A DNA stretch of 64,000 nt from Phoronis australis (lineage: Eukaryota > Animalia > Phoronida): NCBI GenBank assembly GCA_002633005.1, contig NMRA01000103.1:158690-222689 (forward strand), given 5' to 3'. Positions 25,415-38,239 of this stretch are shown here, in pieces. The position numbers and the translations under genes are program-made. The notes beneath the pieces are model-generated. The model saw only the letters and a list, made by a program, of their open reading frames with translations. It had not been told where the DNA came from and did not search any database. How positions within the stretch are numbered: position 1 is the stretch's first letter; the number at the start of each line of letters is the position of its first letter.

Positions 25415-27458
25415 GGTGGCGTACGTTAATTTTGGAAGTTTCGAAAACCTGACTACTTCAGAAAAAATCTAGAAAGCTGCTGGAAACATTTCGGTCTATA
25501 ATTACGACTTCTAGGTTGATCTTAATTTTAAAGGCATATGTGCCGTAAGATTGTATGTATTTCAAAAAACGAAGTGTTCATAGACGATTTAAAACTGCTC
25601 TCATGATTGCATCTTGCTTGTTTCAGTTGGGCGCTCTTTGTGGAGTTAAAGCGTAAGAAATCATCATTGAATATTCAATCTAGAAATGATAGTCAACGTG
25701 TACTCACATACAGTGTACCGTTCTGCATTTCACTTCTACATTGATCAATAAATGAACATTTCCACCGGAGGGACCGTTTTCCATTGCACCTACACAGCCG
25801 TTGACCCAAGACACTCACTCACACTCAGCTAACCATAGGGAGACATTTTCAGCAACAGCGTGCCTAGTAGAGCTTCCTGTTTTACGATCCATAATAAAAA
25901 TCAATGGAGGAGAATTGAGTTTCGCCCAAACTGTCCTTTTGCAGACCCCAGTGAACGAAGCAAAGTGTTTTGGAAGCACAAAGTCTTACTTCTTCAAACT
26001 ACATTTAATAACAACCCAGAGTTGTCGACCGTTTTGATAGTCCAATTTCCCCACAACGGCACTAGTTTAGGCATACCCATCTTTCCAATTTCACACCCTA
26101 CTGTCCGGACGACTTAGACGAAAATCAGCTCTTATGAATTTTGCTGTTTGATGCGGAATTATTTTTATTTTCTCGAATGTTAACTTTCGTTGGTAATGAT
26201 CACGAAGTTCATTTGTCTGTTAAAATATGACTAGTGACACTGATGTCGCAACAAACCTACTTGAGGTTATCTCAAACCTTATTTATTAGCCTTTATTCTA
26301 ACTTGCACATAAAAAATAAGTTTTTTAAAATAAAAAAATATATTTTTGAAAGAAAACAAACAGGGAGGGATTACAAAAATATATCATGTCATATAGTTAT
26401 TTGTATTTTATGGCCTCTGGCCCAAAGTACAATAAACAAAAATTAATCAGGCGTATATGCACACGCAGTCAACCCATTTAAGAGCATGTTTGCGAATGGA
26501 CCAGGTAGATGGTGATAAACGCTATGTCACAGATTCTTGTTATATTTTTTCTGTGTGATGACACTGTCCCCACTGACTCCAGACAATCTTTATTTTTTCA
26601 AAACGCCTCATTTTGGTTTTGATGGATACTACTTGTTTCCGGCAAGTTTTAAGCTTGGCGGCAGTTGAGTTTTATTAAAATTTGAATAGTTACTTTACGC
26701 AGTGGAAGTAACGTTGAAATATTGAACCTGTGTAGCTGATCAGGGCTGAACTTCGATTACTTTATTCATGAAAGATTTCGATTATTACTTGTCTGTTTTT
26801 AGAGCGGCATAAGATGGGTTCTTTTATTGATTTTTGAAACGGTCAAAATTGGCTAAATTCGTATCCCAGCTTTGTATCTTAGCTGGCACAGGTTTCAGAA
26901 CATGTTGGTGCCAACCAATGTGTTGAGCTACCTCAGATCTTCAAAATAAGACAAAACAATCTTCAAGCGCTAAAGCTTCTCATTTCATTTGAAGTTGAAA
27001 CTGACTGGTGGTTACGCCATTTCATTACAGTGAGTAATGACGTCAACAAAAAGTGAGCTTTTGCTATTGGTTAGCCTGCTAACTGCGAATCATTTTACCA
27101 TTTATCAAAAAATCGTATTTTCTGGCCCCCCTCGATACTCTATTTTATATCTGAAAAATGCTCGTAGTCATGGAATCTGGATGCATGTACTGACTAGACA
27201 AATAACTGCAGTTTTGGAGGAACTCCTTTTGTGAAGGTCGAAATTCAAATGCCACTGGTTTTGTAAAACTCAATTATTCTTATTCGCACTGCTAAACCAC
27301 AAAACACCGCCGATAAACCATTTTATTAATATTTTCCTTCACGTGGTTGCTTCTCACCTCATGCGACTTTAAAATCATACAGTGTTGTATGAACACCATC
27401 ATTTATTTTTGTTTTTACTGTGGTTGTTAAGAAAGATGCTTACTGTGAGTTATCTCTG

Positions 27459-27796
27459 GGCCCGGTCTCTAATCTTTGTACTCGAAACGAATTTCTCTGC
27501 TCCTTTTGTGCGAACTTAAGGTAATTGGTTATCAGACTGTGCTCGAATACATTACAGTTTATGCACAGGAGTTTCTAGTTCAAGTTTGCCCTTGAAGACC
27601 CTTATATTCGTGATACAAACTCGAGTAAAAACTCAACATTTTCTGTGAACTAAGGGCAATAAATTATCTACGTAAGTTATTGTGTACTCGATCATAGAAT
27701 AATAGACACTTTTCTTGAGTTCGCCCAAAAGTAGAGTAGAAAATGCCAAACCTAATTTCGAGTTCCATTTCGAGTAAAAAGATTGGAGACCTGGCC
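27459..27796. mobile_element. PIF/Harbinger-like MITE
   Basis: TIR GGCC(C/A)GGTCTC(T/C)AATCTTT(G/T)TACTCGAAA, 3-bp TSD CTG. Confidence 0.75.
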
Positions 27797-30719
27797 CTGG
27801 AGTGTGTCTGAACAAACGTGATCTTTGTGGAATCTTCAAGTAGTTTTGATACACGGCGTTGGAAGCGCAGGACGGTGTCAGGGTGAAAAATTCAATAGTA
27901 ATTACAGGGAAAGGCAAAACCACTGGTGACCAGATTTCCGTTTACGTCATATAGACGCTAGTGTCCCAATAACTTCAGCTTTTGGATTGATATGTCTGGA
28001 TAGTGTTATCATTTAGCTATCTGTATGCAGTTTGTTGTGACTGACACAGTCAAGGAAAAAATGGTAGACTTTCAAGTAGCAATTGGGCTTACCACGTGGA
28101 ACAGGCATCCAATGAGAAGACATCAGCTGTGCTGTGGGAGGCACACATGAACATAGTGTGTGTGACTAGATGTGAGAAGTATAAATAAGTGAACTTACTT
28201 CCCAGTCCTCTAGAGGGCAGTGGTATCCTGTTCCAGGTGATCAGCGGTTACGTGACTATGTGAATGCCTCCTGTTGGAAGCAATGTCAGATTTTCATCTA
28301 CTACAGAGGTCAAGGCCGGGAAAGTATACAGGAAGACCAAGGCTGCTTTCAATATGAAGCCCATCAGTACACGACAAGTATTCTATTGTAGCTCATGTTT
28401 TTCCATAACTTCTCAGCAAACTCACACTATACAGCATATTATATTTATCTCCTACTTTATTCACAAAAATGGCCAAAGTTTTACGATGTTTCACATGTGT
28501 AAATTAAAATACCTTATCTTCATTCTCGGTGAACTTCAAATACAAAATATATACTGCATAGCCAGAAAAAAAGATTTAAAGGAGCATGCCACCCAAAAAA
28601 CAACCTAATTTGTATCAATTTAGATCGAGTAGTTCTACTCAATAACGACACGTACGGTTGAGTTACCTGACACCTGACGGCAGACGGAGGTGTTGAAATT
28701 ATCCAATGACGTCATCGGTTTCACACCCAGCCTGTTTAGCAGTTCACAACACGGGTTACTGGTTTCAGCTTATCGCATGAATTCATCGTTTAACACCAAT
28801 AAATCATCAAACTTCGATATAAAACCCTTAAAAATACACCGAGTTCTTATAAAAATGTGTTGTTTTATTTCGCTCTTACGGATTTATTAGAAAATGTGGT
28901 CCAAAAGTACTGTCAACCAACTAGTTTTTTGGCAATTATAGCTTGTTTGAGGGCTACCTAAAATCGCAACCAATTTCTCAGTCGCTACCCAGCAATGCAC
29001 AATTGCAACCGGGGGCCGCCATTTTGAAGAAGAGTGCAGCTACAGCCGAGAAAGTGGCGTTTTTATTCTCAGTATGTTCACAAATACAAACAAACCACAT
29101 TCACCGAGCTTAGATGCAATGCCCACCTACAAAATGCCCCCAAACTTGACCTTCCCCCAAAATTTTAATATTTTGGGGGTGCAAATGAGCCGCGGCCACA
29201 ACCTAACTATTCAGTTCCACCTACACTAACCGGAAAACTGCTGTTTGCGGAAACGCGCCAATTTCGTTAGTTAGCCTGTAGTTGTAATGGAACACCTTTG
29301 AAAGGAAATAAGATGGCTAGCTTTGTAGTCAACGAGAGAGTGCAAGCAGTGGATGAGGTTGGTTGGTGGGCAAGAGCTGTGATTTCATTTTTATGATTAA
29401 GGAAAAGCTAGAATAGTTATGCAGTTACTGCAACCAAAATTGTCCAAAGGTTCCAAATCTTCAGTTTGGCTATCACCATATTAGCACTTTTGTATATATT
29501 TCAGGATTTGAGTTCTAATAAGAATTGAAATTGTACTAATGGCACGTGTAGTTTTGCTTGCTGTGACATGTTTGGTGTAACTATAATCTGGAAAAGTTGG
29601 GGATTGGTTTACAACTAACTGACTTCTAAATTGTTTTGATACTTCGTTTAACAACAAATTAAAAAGATAGCAACCCTAACCGGTAAAAAACAAGTAGACA
29701 TGAGTATTAAAATAAAGTAATGAAAACAGGTATGAAACATATTTAAAACCAACGTTCCTGTGCTAAGTGACCCTTTGTCAAGATCAACGCAAATTAACTT
29801 TTTAGTCTTTTGCTCTCCATATTGCAGGCTTTAACTCTGTGCAAATGCCAGAGAAATAGCAATTTGGATGTAATAACGACCACCATCGTTAAGAAAGTAG
29901 TGCTAGCTCTTACCTTTCCACTTCATTAGGTCAAATATACATCAATACAAATGGCGTTCTGAACAAAAGTTGTCTGGGGCTTAGGGAATCAGAGCGGTTA
30001 CCAGTGTAAGCGAGACATTCTCCATGTGCACGGTTTTACTTCAGTTCATGTTTTGAAGTGTAATATATTGTTTGTCAGTTACTGTCCATTAAGCAGCATA
30101 GCCCGTGGACAGAATGAAGTTTATCTACTACACTCAAATAAGAAAATACAGCATGGCGATATCTCACTTTTTCCAGGTTTATTCTAATTTGACATGACCT
30201 AATTATCCCATTGTGGAACATGTGCCAAGCACCAAATAGTTTTTGATTTCTTAAAGATAGCCCCCAGCGACCAAAACACCCTTTTGACACCAGAAATAAA
30301 ATTATTTAAAAAAAAAAATATCTTGTTCAATACATACCACGGAAAGTAATTAATTGCTACGTAAATTACACCGCCAATAATTTGTAGCCCTTCGAGCGCC
30401 CTAGAGAAATTCTCAACCAATTTTCGTAGAGTGGTACATTCGGCGTCATCGTGCCAACGAAATTTCCCCTAAGCTTCACTGCGTAACAGCTGAGCATCAT
30501 TTCTTGGACGTAGGCAAGTAATCTGTCTCTGGCATAAAATACCACGTTGCGTACGGGTGCAGCAATGTAAGCGGCCTTGACATACATTTCGATCCTGTCA
30601 TTTGCCAAGCTTGGAGTACATTCGGATTAACGACAGAGATTGGGGACAAAATTCCCGACAAGCACAACTTGGTCTAGACTTTGTACAAACTCATCAGCTT
30701 TGCGCCGATGTTGGTAAAA

Positions 30720-31330
30720 ATGACCCAATAAAATCTGACTCAAAAGTTGTGTCATTAAAAGGTACACCGCTCTTCTTTGAGTAAACTGAATTATTTCCCC
30801 GTGTTAGAAGAATTGGCGTTCTACTGTTCATCAACTGCTAAAATTGTAGTGAGCTCTTTTGGGTCGACTTTCGGCGATTGCGTCACCAGACCTTGACCAG
30901 TTTCTTTTTCCCGATAATTCTTCTATGAACTGTTCTTAGCTGCCACGAGGTTGCGTACATGTGCACGTCACAAAATATTATCGGAACTGGTTTCATTTCC
31001 TTACAGGTTTTTAGTCTTTTAATACGAGTAAACCGAATTTTAGAACAAATTTGCTGCTGCTGCCAGGAGATGTCGAAATTTTTAGGAAATGGCACGTGTG
31101 CGTGTCACGGGAGTACTGTTTGCTTTTGTTAAAAGGCGGAGAATTATGCTAGAAAATGACATTTATTAAATTGTTTTGCACTACAACGGGCAAGGTGACT
31201 GTCGGAATTGACTCCCCCATATTCCATGCACCTCCGTCGGTCGTTGGCTCTACGATATACATGTAGGTAAAGGTGACTGGCAGAACCCATAACCGTGCCG
31301 TATAAAATTTCGCACCATTACGCCGTTTTC
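30720..31330 (+). repeat. Fragment of the Kolobok-like non-autonomous family carrying an empty copy of the P-like target site
   Basis: Aligns with 31890-32300+37453-37620, 43270-43680, 48080-48510+54416-54620 and the reverse complement of 52730-53170. Confidence 0.75.
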
Positions 31331-32457
31331 CCGTTGCTCCAAATTTATTCGGTTCTATAGCCCAGCAACAGCTTGGGAAGATCACCCCTGTAGCCAATAT
31401 CTTACACGACTGATAAACTCCATTCTGGCATCATGGTTGGAGGGCCAACTCTCTTTTGTTCGATAATTGCTCTAATCTCCGATCAGATCGTATCTAGCTT
31501 GACTGGGCCGTGCAGCTATAAATGAAAGTTAAGTTATAACATATTTGAATATACATGTAAGCCAATAGCATTTTTGAAAATCTTGTCAAATGCTCATCAT
31601 GTTTAGTTTTTGAATCACCAAAATCGCCCAACTACCACAGAAGACAATCCATTCTGCCAGGGTTCAGTAAGTTAACCCTTTGAAGCCTGGGAGATAATTG
31701 GCCTGCTTGTTGTCATATGGGACAAAAGGCTGTGCTGGGAAGTTAACAAAGGAGCCAGATGTTATCGCACGTTCAGAATTCCTCACGTCTGGAGAAGTTG
31801 CTGAACGAAAGAACGCCGCCATGAGTGCCATCCAGCCTTGCCACAAAAAATGAACAACTTTGGGCCAATGTGGGTAAAACAATAACCAGATAAAATCTGA
31901 CACAAAATTAGTGTCGTTAAAAACTACACTCTTCTTTGAATAAATAAATTATTTAACGGTGTTGGAAAGAATGGGGTTATTCTGCTGCTTAATTTGTGAA
32001 GCAATCTTTTGGGTCGCTTTTTGGCGCCTTGAAATATTGCGTCGCCTATTGGCCAGTTTCGTTTTTCGCCGATTCTTCAATCAACTGTTTTTCTTCCTCG
32101 AAGTTGCGTAGATGTCACAACAAATTATCGGAAATAATTTTCTTTAGTTACAAGCTTTTAGTGTTTTAATACCACCAAAAACGGAATTTCAGAATCAATT
32201 TTGCTGCTGCAAAGCTGTCATCATCTCCCGATAGAGGTCGCAAAATTTTAGGAAATGGCACGTGGGCGTGACACGAGGGCAATGTTTTAAATACCTTCCA
32301 CTGTTACCATAGACTATAGTACATGGACCGCCAACTCCGTATACTTTCAATGGACGAAATCTGTGATCTTACGCACAATACCTTACGTCATTATTCACTG
32401 GCGACACCTGGCTAAATTTTCTGGTGCAATTTCCGGCAAGTACGTTGTCTGCTAATC

Positions 32458-32658
32458 ATGGTCGGCTACTGTGCGGCCGGTTGTTCGGCCACACATCCAA
32501 AATGCAAAGGAATTAGCTTCCATACCATCCAAAGACCCCATAATCGGCTGTGGGAAGAAAAGCTTACTTCGTGTGCCAACATGAATGGCAATATGACTTC
32601 ATACATTTGTTCAAGGCACGTCGAAGATGAATGTTTTTTAAGAGGCTCTACTACTTAA
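32458..32658 (+). pseudogene. THAP domain ORF remnant in P-like copy 1
   Basis: MVGYCAAGC..SFH....W....ICSRHVEDECF, C2CH pattern. Confidence 0.8.
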
Positions 32659-34447
32659 TCCAGTCCTCACAAATCCATTTTTCTTTTCCCCGTTTTGATG
32701 AAAACTATCTGGTAAACATTTTGACGAAAATTGTCCGCTAAATTTCTTCCAAAGGTAATGACTCATGAACCTCTGTCCTTACGAGGAACTTCAGTCATGG
32801 TCTAGTGAGACAAATAAGCAAATTACTCTTCCCTGGCCCTGATCAGACAGTTGGTATCCGCAGAATGCGCACATTTGGCCAGGATTTGGATCAGCGATTT
32901 CAACATATTCACATTCGTGTACAAACAATTAAATAGAACGCCGGTAAAAGCTTTAATGGAAATAAAGATTACATTAATACTTTAGAAATAACCACCTGGA
33001 CAATTCAAACTCTATCTCGCAATTCAACAGCAAGTTGCACAATATATGCCACACAAATTCTCTCGACTGTAGCCTATGAAAATGCAACCAACATCGAACA
33101 GGAACACCAGAGGGGTGTGAAGGTTATTTTTATTCTTCAATGTTAAATTTTTTGTAAGCGGACAAATGGTCTTTAAATTTCCGCTTTAAGTCCTAACATT
33201 TCCAACATAAGCCACTCAAAGGAACGTTTATGACGAAAACAGAATTCTTAACCAGTTTTGTATTGTCCTATGCCACCTGTAGGGTACATAATGAGCCAAT
33301 CCCACTCCTACTGTAATGAAAGGGTCCCATGCATAAAGGATACTAAGTACATGTATTGCCCTTCTGAAATACTACCGTATTCGTGCTAATAAGCGGCCAG
33401 GGCACTTAGAAAATCCGCTTCAGGAAGGGGGCACTTATTATATCCCAAAAGTGGTTGAAACCCGGTCTCCGAATCAGGTGAAATCGTAAGCTAGAATTCA
33501 TCAAATTTACGCTTTGTGACGAATCTGTAACCTATACAGAGTTTCTACAAAACTGCAGTGCATTGATATCAAACTTGTCAACTCACAAGCATTTTTCAGA
33601 AAATCCTACTGCCAAAAATTGCCGTGAGTCAGGTTTCAAGCTCCTCAGCCTTGTTTAACTATATCTTAACAAATCATAAAAATGGTTCCAAGTGATCACT
33701 GCAGTGCCTGCGCACGTCTAATAAATGTGTATCATACAGCTCCTGATTTAAACAAAGGTCTGGTTTTTTAATTTTGGTCCTGTTTAAATAACGCCACAGA
33801 CCAGGAAATCCAGCGAAACACTTCTACTTTACAAATCTGACAATCCCTAGTCTCAGAAAATTTGAGCACCGGGCAAAAGATATTAATAATGAAATTCTGG
33901 TGATGATAACCACCCACTTTGTTAATTCACTTCACCTCAATTTGAAATACTTGTTCAAATGAAGCTCATTCGAGTAAGCATCATGTGGGTCCTATCGCCA
34001 ACCCAATATATGATAGAAACCAACAAGCTCAAGTTGCAGTCAAATCAGGATGGGCATAAATAAGGAAATTTACTGTATCAACAGATTGGCCAACTAAGAA
34101 TAAGATACAAAGTGCTGCTACAGTGCACACCTGCACGATACTTGGTCTATTATTTTCCCGCCGTAAATGCATGAACCAATCAGATCAAAAATGGCGCAAA
34201 GTTTTCGAAAACAGCTGTTCTATTTATTTTCAAAACTTTATTCTGTTACATTTAATTTATTTTGTGTTCAACTGAATGAAGCCACCTAATATGAATGCAT
34301 TCAACACAATTAATGCATTGTAAAACCAAAAGTTTTGCTCTATCAACGTTAGACAAAATCAGTACACTCCTTTCTTAAAAAAATGGGTTAACAGTTAAAA
34401 ACAAAGGACACAAGTACAAGGACACTTGTAACGTCGATTTTCGAGAT

Positions 34448-36501
34448 TAACCTATCGCAAGCTCCGCCCCAATGAGAAAAGTCACGTGATACCCGACACT
34501 CGAACGAGATGTAAGAGGCAAATACACTGTCACTAAACGACGTTCCTGGTGGAATCGATGAGTGATTTTGCACTATTTGAAAACGCTTCGACAGAGACAA
34601 GAGGCGATGCTTTTCAGCAGAGAATCTTACTTTTATTATATGGGAATTGGTAAAGGTGACGATGAAAAAATAAGTGCTCGAGGAGCCAGCGAATGTCCGA
34701 AGAACCCCTCGGCCTCGGGGCCACCTTCACCTGACAAATGACAAGGCCACTGATACGATATGTTCGTGTTAAGCTGGGTATGTACCTTAAAGTCGAATTA
34801 TCTGTACGATTCCATAGATTTTACGATCTTTCGAATAAAACCAGTGAAGATTCACCGATATTTTTATTCTGTCGTCTGCTAAATTTCGCCAAATGAAAAG
34901 TAGGTCACAACTGGTGGGACTCCTGGAGTAAAGTAGTTCTTAGATTACAGACAACACATGCAGTAGTCTCTGACTAGGTCGACTCTATACCACTGTTTAC
35001 GCTTTTCTAATCTTGTAACGAAATATTTTGATAAAAAAATTCAGGTTCATAGCTCAGGTACACACACATCTCGTTCTAGGCAAGGAGTTAGCTCCGGAAG
35101 GTTTAGCGCTGTGTCTAAGTCAAATTAATGTCTGGAATTCATTGGCGGATCTAGGATACCCGGCACAGGGGGACTCAACATATGTTGCCTCGTGGAATTG
35201 GGCAAAGTGCGATTGTATGTGCACAGGCGGCCCGAAAGTTGCAGGGGCCAGGGATGTAGACCGTTGGACCTTCTGTTCAGGAAATATCTATCGGTGAACT
35301 AAAAAAAAACAGAAACACGATTCCGCTGTAATCTGGAGTCTGAGCCCCCCTCTTCTGCTACCGGTCCTAGTTACTGAACTCAATATTTCCCCACTCATTT
35401 TGGTTGCGGCAGCCAAGGGGGGGGGGGGTGCTGGGGCCCCTGCCCCTCTAAATCCGCCTATGGAATTGTCCGTTTGCACCATTAAGGAACTTGACATTTT
35501 TGTAGTTTCATTCCATAAAGGTAGCTTTCATTTAATTTTGAAGGTAGCATGATCCTTAAGTCGTGGTATGGTTACAAGAGATTACAAGTCTGGTGAGGTA
35601 GTTGCAAAAATAGGGTATTTACAAAAATAACTCAAATTCTTTTTTAAAGCTTCATAAATCTAAATATTATGTTTGAACAACTTCAAAATGATCTCTCTCT
35701 AACTCTACAGACATAGTGTATATTAGAGGTACACGTCAAAAAGTAATTCAACAGTTTACTTTTAGTGACAACAGCTCGACCAAGGCTTTGAGTTCTGGCA
35801 GTAATCCAGTGCTCTTCCCTGTGCCGATCGAATCTCTGAATTTTGACCGGGAGAGAAGTTCAGTTGAACGCCAGCCTACGGTTTATGAATAACAAAAATG
35901 TACCTCTGATACGAAACAAAATAATTTCCATTAGGTTGAAATAAAGAAAAAAACATAAAATAAAAATGTCATTGAAAACAACAATTTCCGGGGACCACCG
36001 CTAGTGTGCTGAGATCCAGCAGGTGCTGAGACAAAGACGGCCAGACGTAGGAAACTCGGGAGTCTAAATCTGAGATAGACCTGCACCATAGCCACCAAGC
36101 TGAAAAGTGCGTAGCTTGGAACTAATATATTTGTGTTTATTATAGCCTTCGAGTTATCAAGCAACATATCGCTATAAGTTCAGCTGCTCGGGTGGCCGTA
36201 CAGTTTGATCCATAGTTTACGCTTTTCAACATCATTTTTCGGCTTAGGACATGCCAAAATGACCGGATATTATTCTGGAGCAGCATAATGGCTGTTGGTG
36301 CTACACAGGCCATATCAACACCGTTTTTCCATTCTTAGCGGACAATTTCTTGAGCTATAGACTAAAGTAAATTTTACTCGACTACGTGTGGTTTGTCGAT
36401 CTGGTAAAATGGCGGCTTGGAAACGCAGACGAAAGTGTGCCAAGAATGCTGCGTTCTGATTGGTCAATTAAGCCGTCAGTCATAATCCTGGCGATAGGTC
36501 A
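34448..36501. mobile_element. AT-flanked TIR element (ISL2EU/Harbinger-like, non-autonomous) nested in P-like copy 1
   Basis: TIR T(A/G)ACCTATCGC(A/C)AG, AT on both sides, absent from P-like copy 2 (site near 51003-51023). Confidence 0.85.
35140..35462. mobile_element. hAT-like MITE with 5-bp TSD, nested in 34448-36501
   Basis: CATTGGCGGATCTAG...CTAAATCCGCCTATG termini; GAATT on both sides. Confidence 0.75.
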
Positions 36502-38239
36502 ATTGTTGGGGAGGAACATCAGTCTGGCGACAGCAACACGCAATCGCACGAAGGCGATGATTGTCAAAATTTGATTCGTTTTCGTAGTATGTCTTTTTTC
36601 CTATGGTTCAGGGTTACTTCTGAATCCAGGAACAAGAACTGAAAGAGGGAGGGTTCGTGATTACGTTGAGAACGGTAACATTTATATAAGGTGTTACAAC
36701 TATCATCGATATTGTCATCTCCTCTGTTTTCATCCAACCTTCCCAGATGAAAACTTGAATGAAGAGGACCTTCACTACTTGAGTGAGCATGGTATACCGT
36801 GTGATTTATGTTGAATTATTCAACAGTTTCTTTAAGAACCATTTCACGCTATACCTACAACCAACGGCCCTTTTAAGGGCCACTCATCATTTCCCAGAAG
36901 AACTGGTCACTTGAGAATGTTGAATTATAAACATGAAAAGGTTAAAATAGTCAAATCGTTGCAGAGGCGCATTTTTTAATTCGAACAAAATTGATATTTT
37001 TCTAAACCAAACACGTTTTATAAGTATCATTTGCATTCACAGGTACTCCTTGGAATTTGTGCACAAACATGCTTTCGTAGTTTTTTCAGTAGGCTTATGT
37101 GAACTATAAATCACAAACTGTCCGATAACTATGGTGCTATGCTATTGGGCAAGCAGACGACTTCATCAGTCGGCAACGAAGTTTGAATTTTGTAATTAAT
37201 TACCAATAGCATTGTTAAAAAGTACTCACGATACCAATACTTCTACAAATGAGAGACTTTGAACAGCGTTTCAATGCCGAAATTAATATTTTTTTCGTTG
37301 TACTGGACAGTAAAGTAGATGCAAATATTTCTCGTCAAAATACACCAACCGGAAACTGCACCAGAAAGGTCAAGAGAGTGGCGGCGCCTCTTGACTAGCA
37401 CGTAAGAAAATGCCGGAGTTGCGAATCTGTTGCCAATAATCTATGCTGTTACAGAAGGCAAACAATTACTGTACGCAAGAAAATGACAGTTATTAGATTG
37501 TTTTTCACTTAAGCGGTTGAAACGGGCAAGGTGAGTGTCGGTTGATTCACAGATTTTGCATGCATCCCGTCCGGTTTTGAGCTCTGCATGTTGATAAAAG
37601 CGTTACGGCGAGTTGACCAGCAGAACTACTCTGGCTGTGTACAAATTCGAGGTCTATCGGCACTGAGAACTCGGAGGTACCTACATGTAGTTGAATTTTG
37701 GCGATAGTCTTCAAACAGCTAGCTGGCTGGCTACCAGATCTGCAGTAATTCGAATACGGGCGCCCCATATCAGAATGATTTCTTGATTGAAAAGATTTTT
37801 AACCAAATTCCAGTCCTCATGAATACGTATGTTTTCATGCAATTGAGACTTGGTTCCTTTGTTTTATTTTATTACATACACACAAGGATGGGTTGCTATG
37901 AAATTGTTTAATCTTTTTACAAGGTTGACAGAGTCTATAAACAAAAATGCCGGCGAATACGCTTCGCAGGATTTCAAGGCGAATTATTTTGAAAATTGAG
38001 CCCAGAAAGCATATCATTAGTGAATAGTAGAGACGGCTGGGGTTGGGTGGCCCCAACTACATATCTTTACATCTTACTAGAGTATAATGCATTATATTAA
38101 TAGAACAAATAAAAATCTGGAAAAATAACTCGGACGGATAATTAGCAGAGATTACAATAAAAGGGAGAGGGAAACAGGAGAGGACTTTCATACACTCATT
38201 CACACTCACATTCACACGGTTTAATTATCTTAACTTATG

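Larger units (their letters stand above)
32308..37445 (+). mobile_element. Non-autonomous P-superfamily-like element, copy 1 (about 3.1 kb plus a nested 2-kb insert)
   Basis: Termini CATAGACTAT...ATAATCTATG, perfect 7-bp TSD CTGTTAC, THAP remnant near the 5' end, colinear with the reverse complement of 48519-54407. Confidence 0.88.

Noticed and set aside
25261-25452. ORF-track peptide MQRQPNSR...
   Set aside because: Wrong frame; the spliced PLAC-like frame is supported by paralogy.
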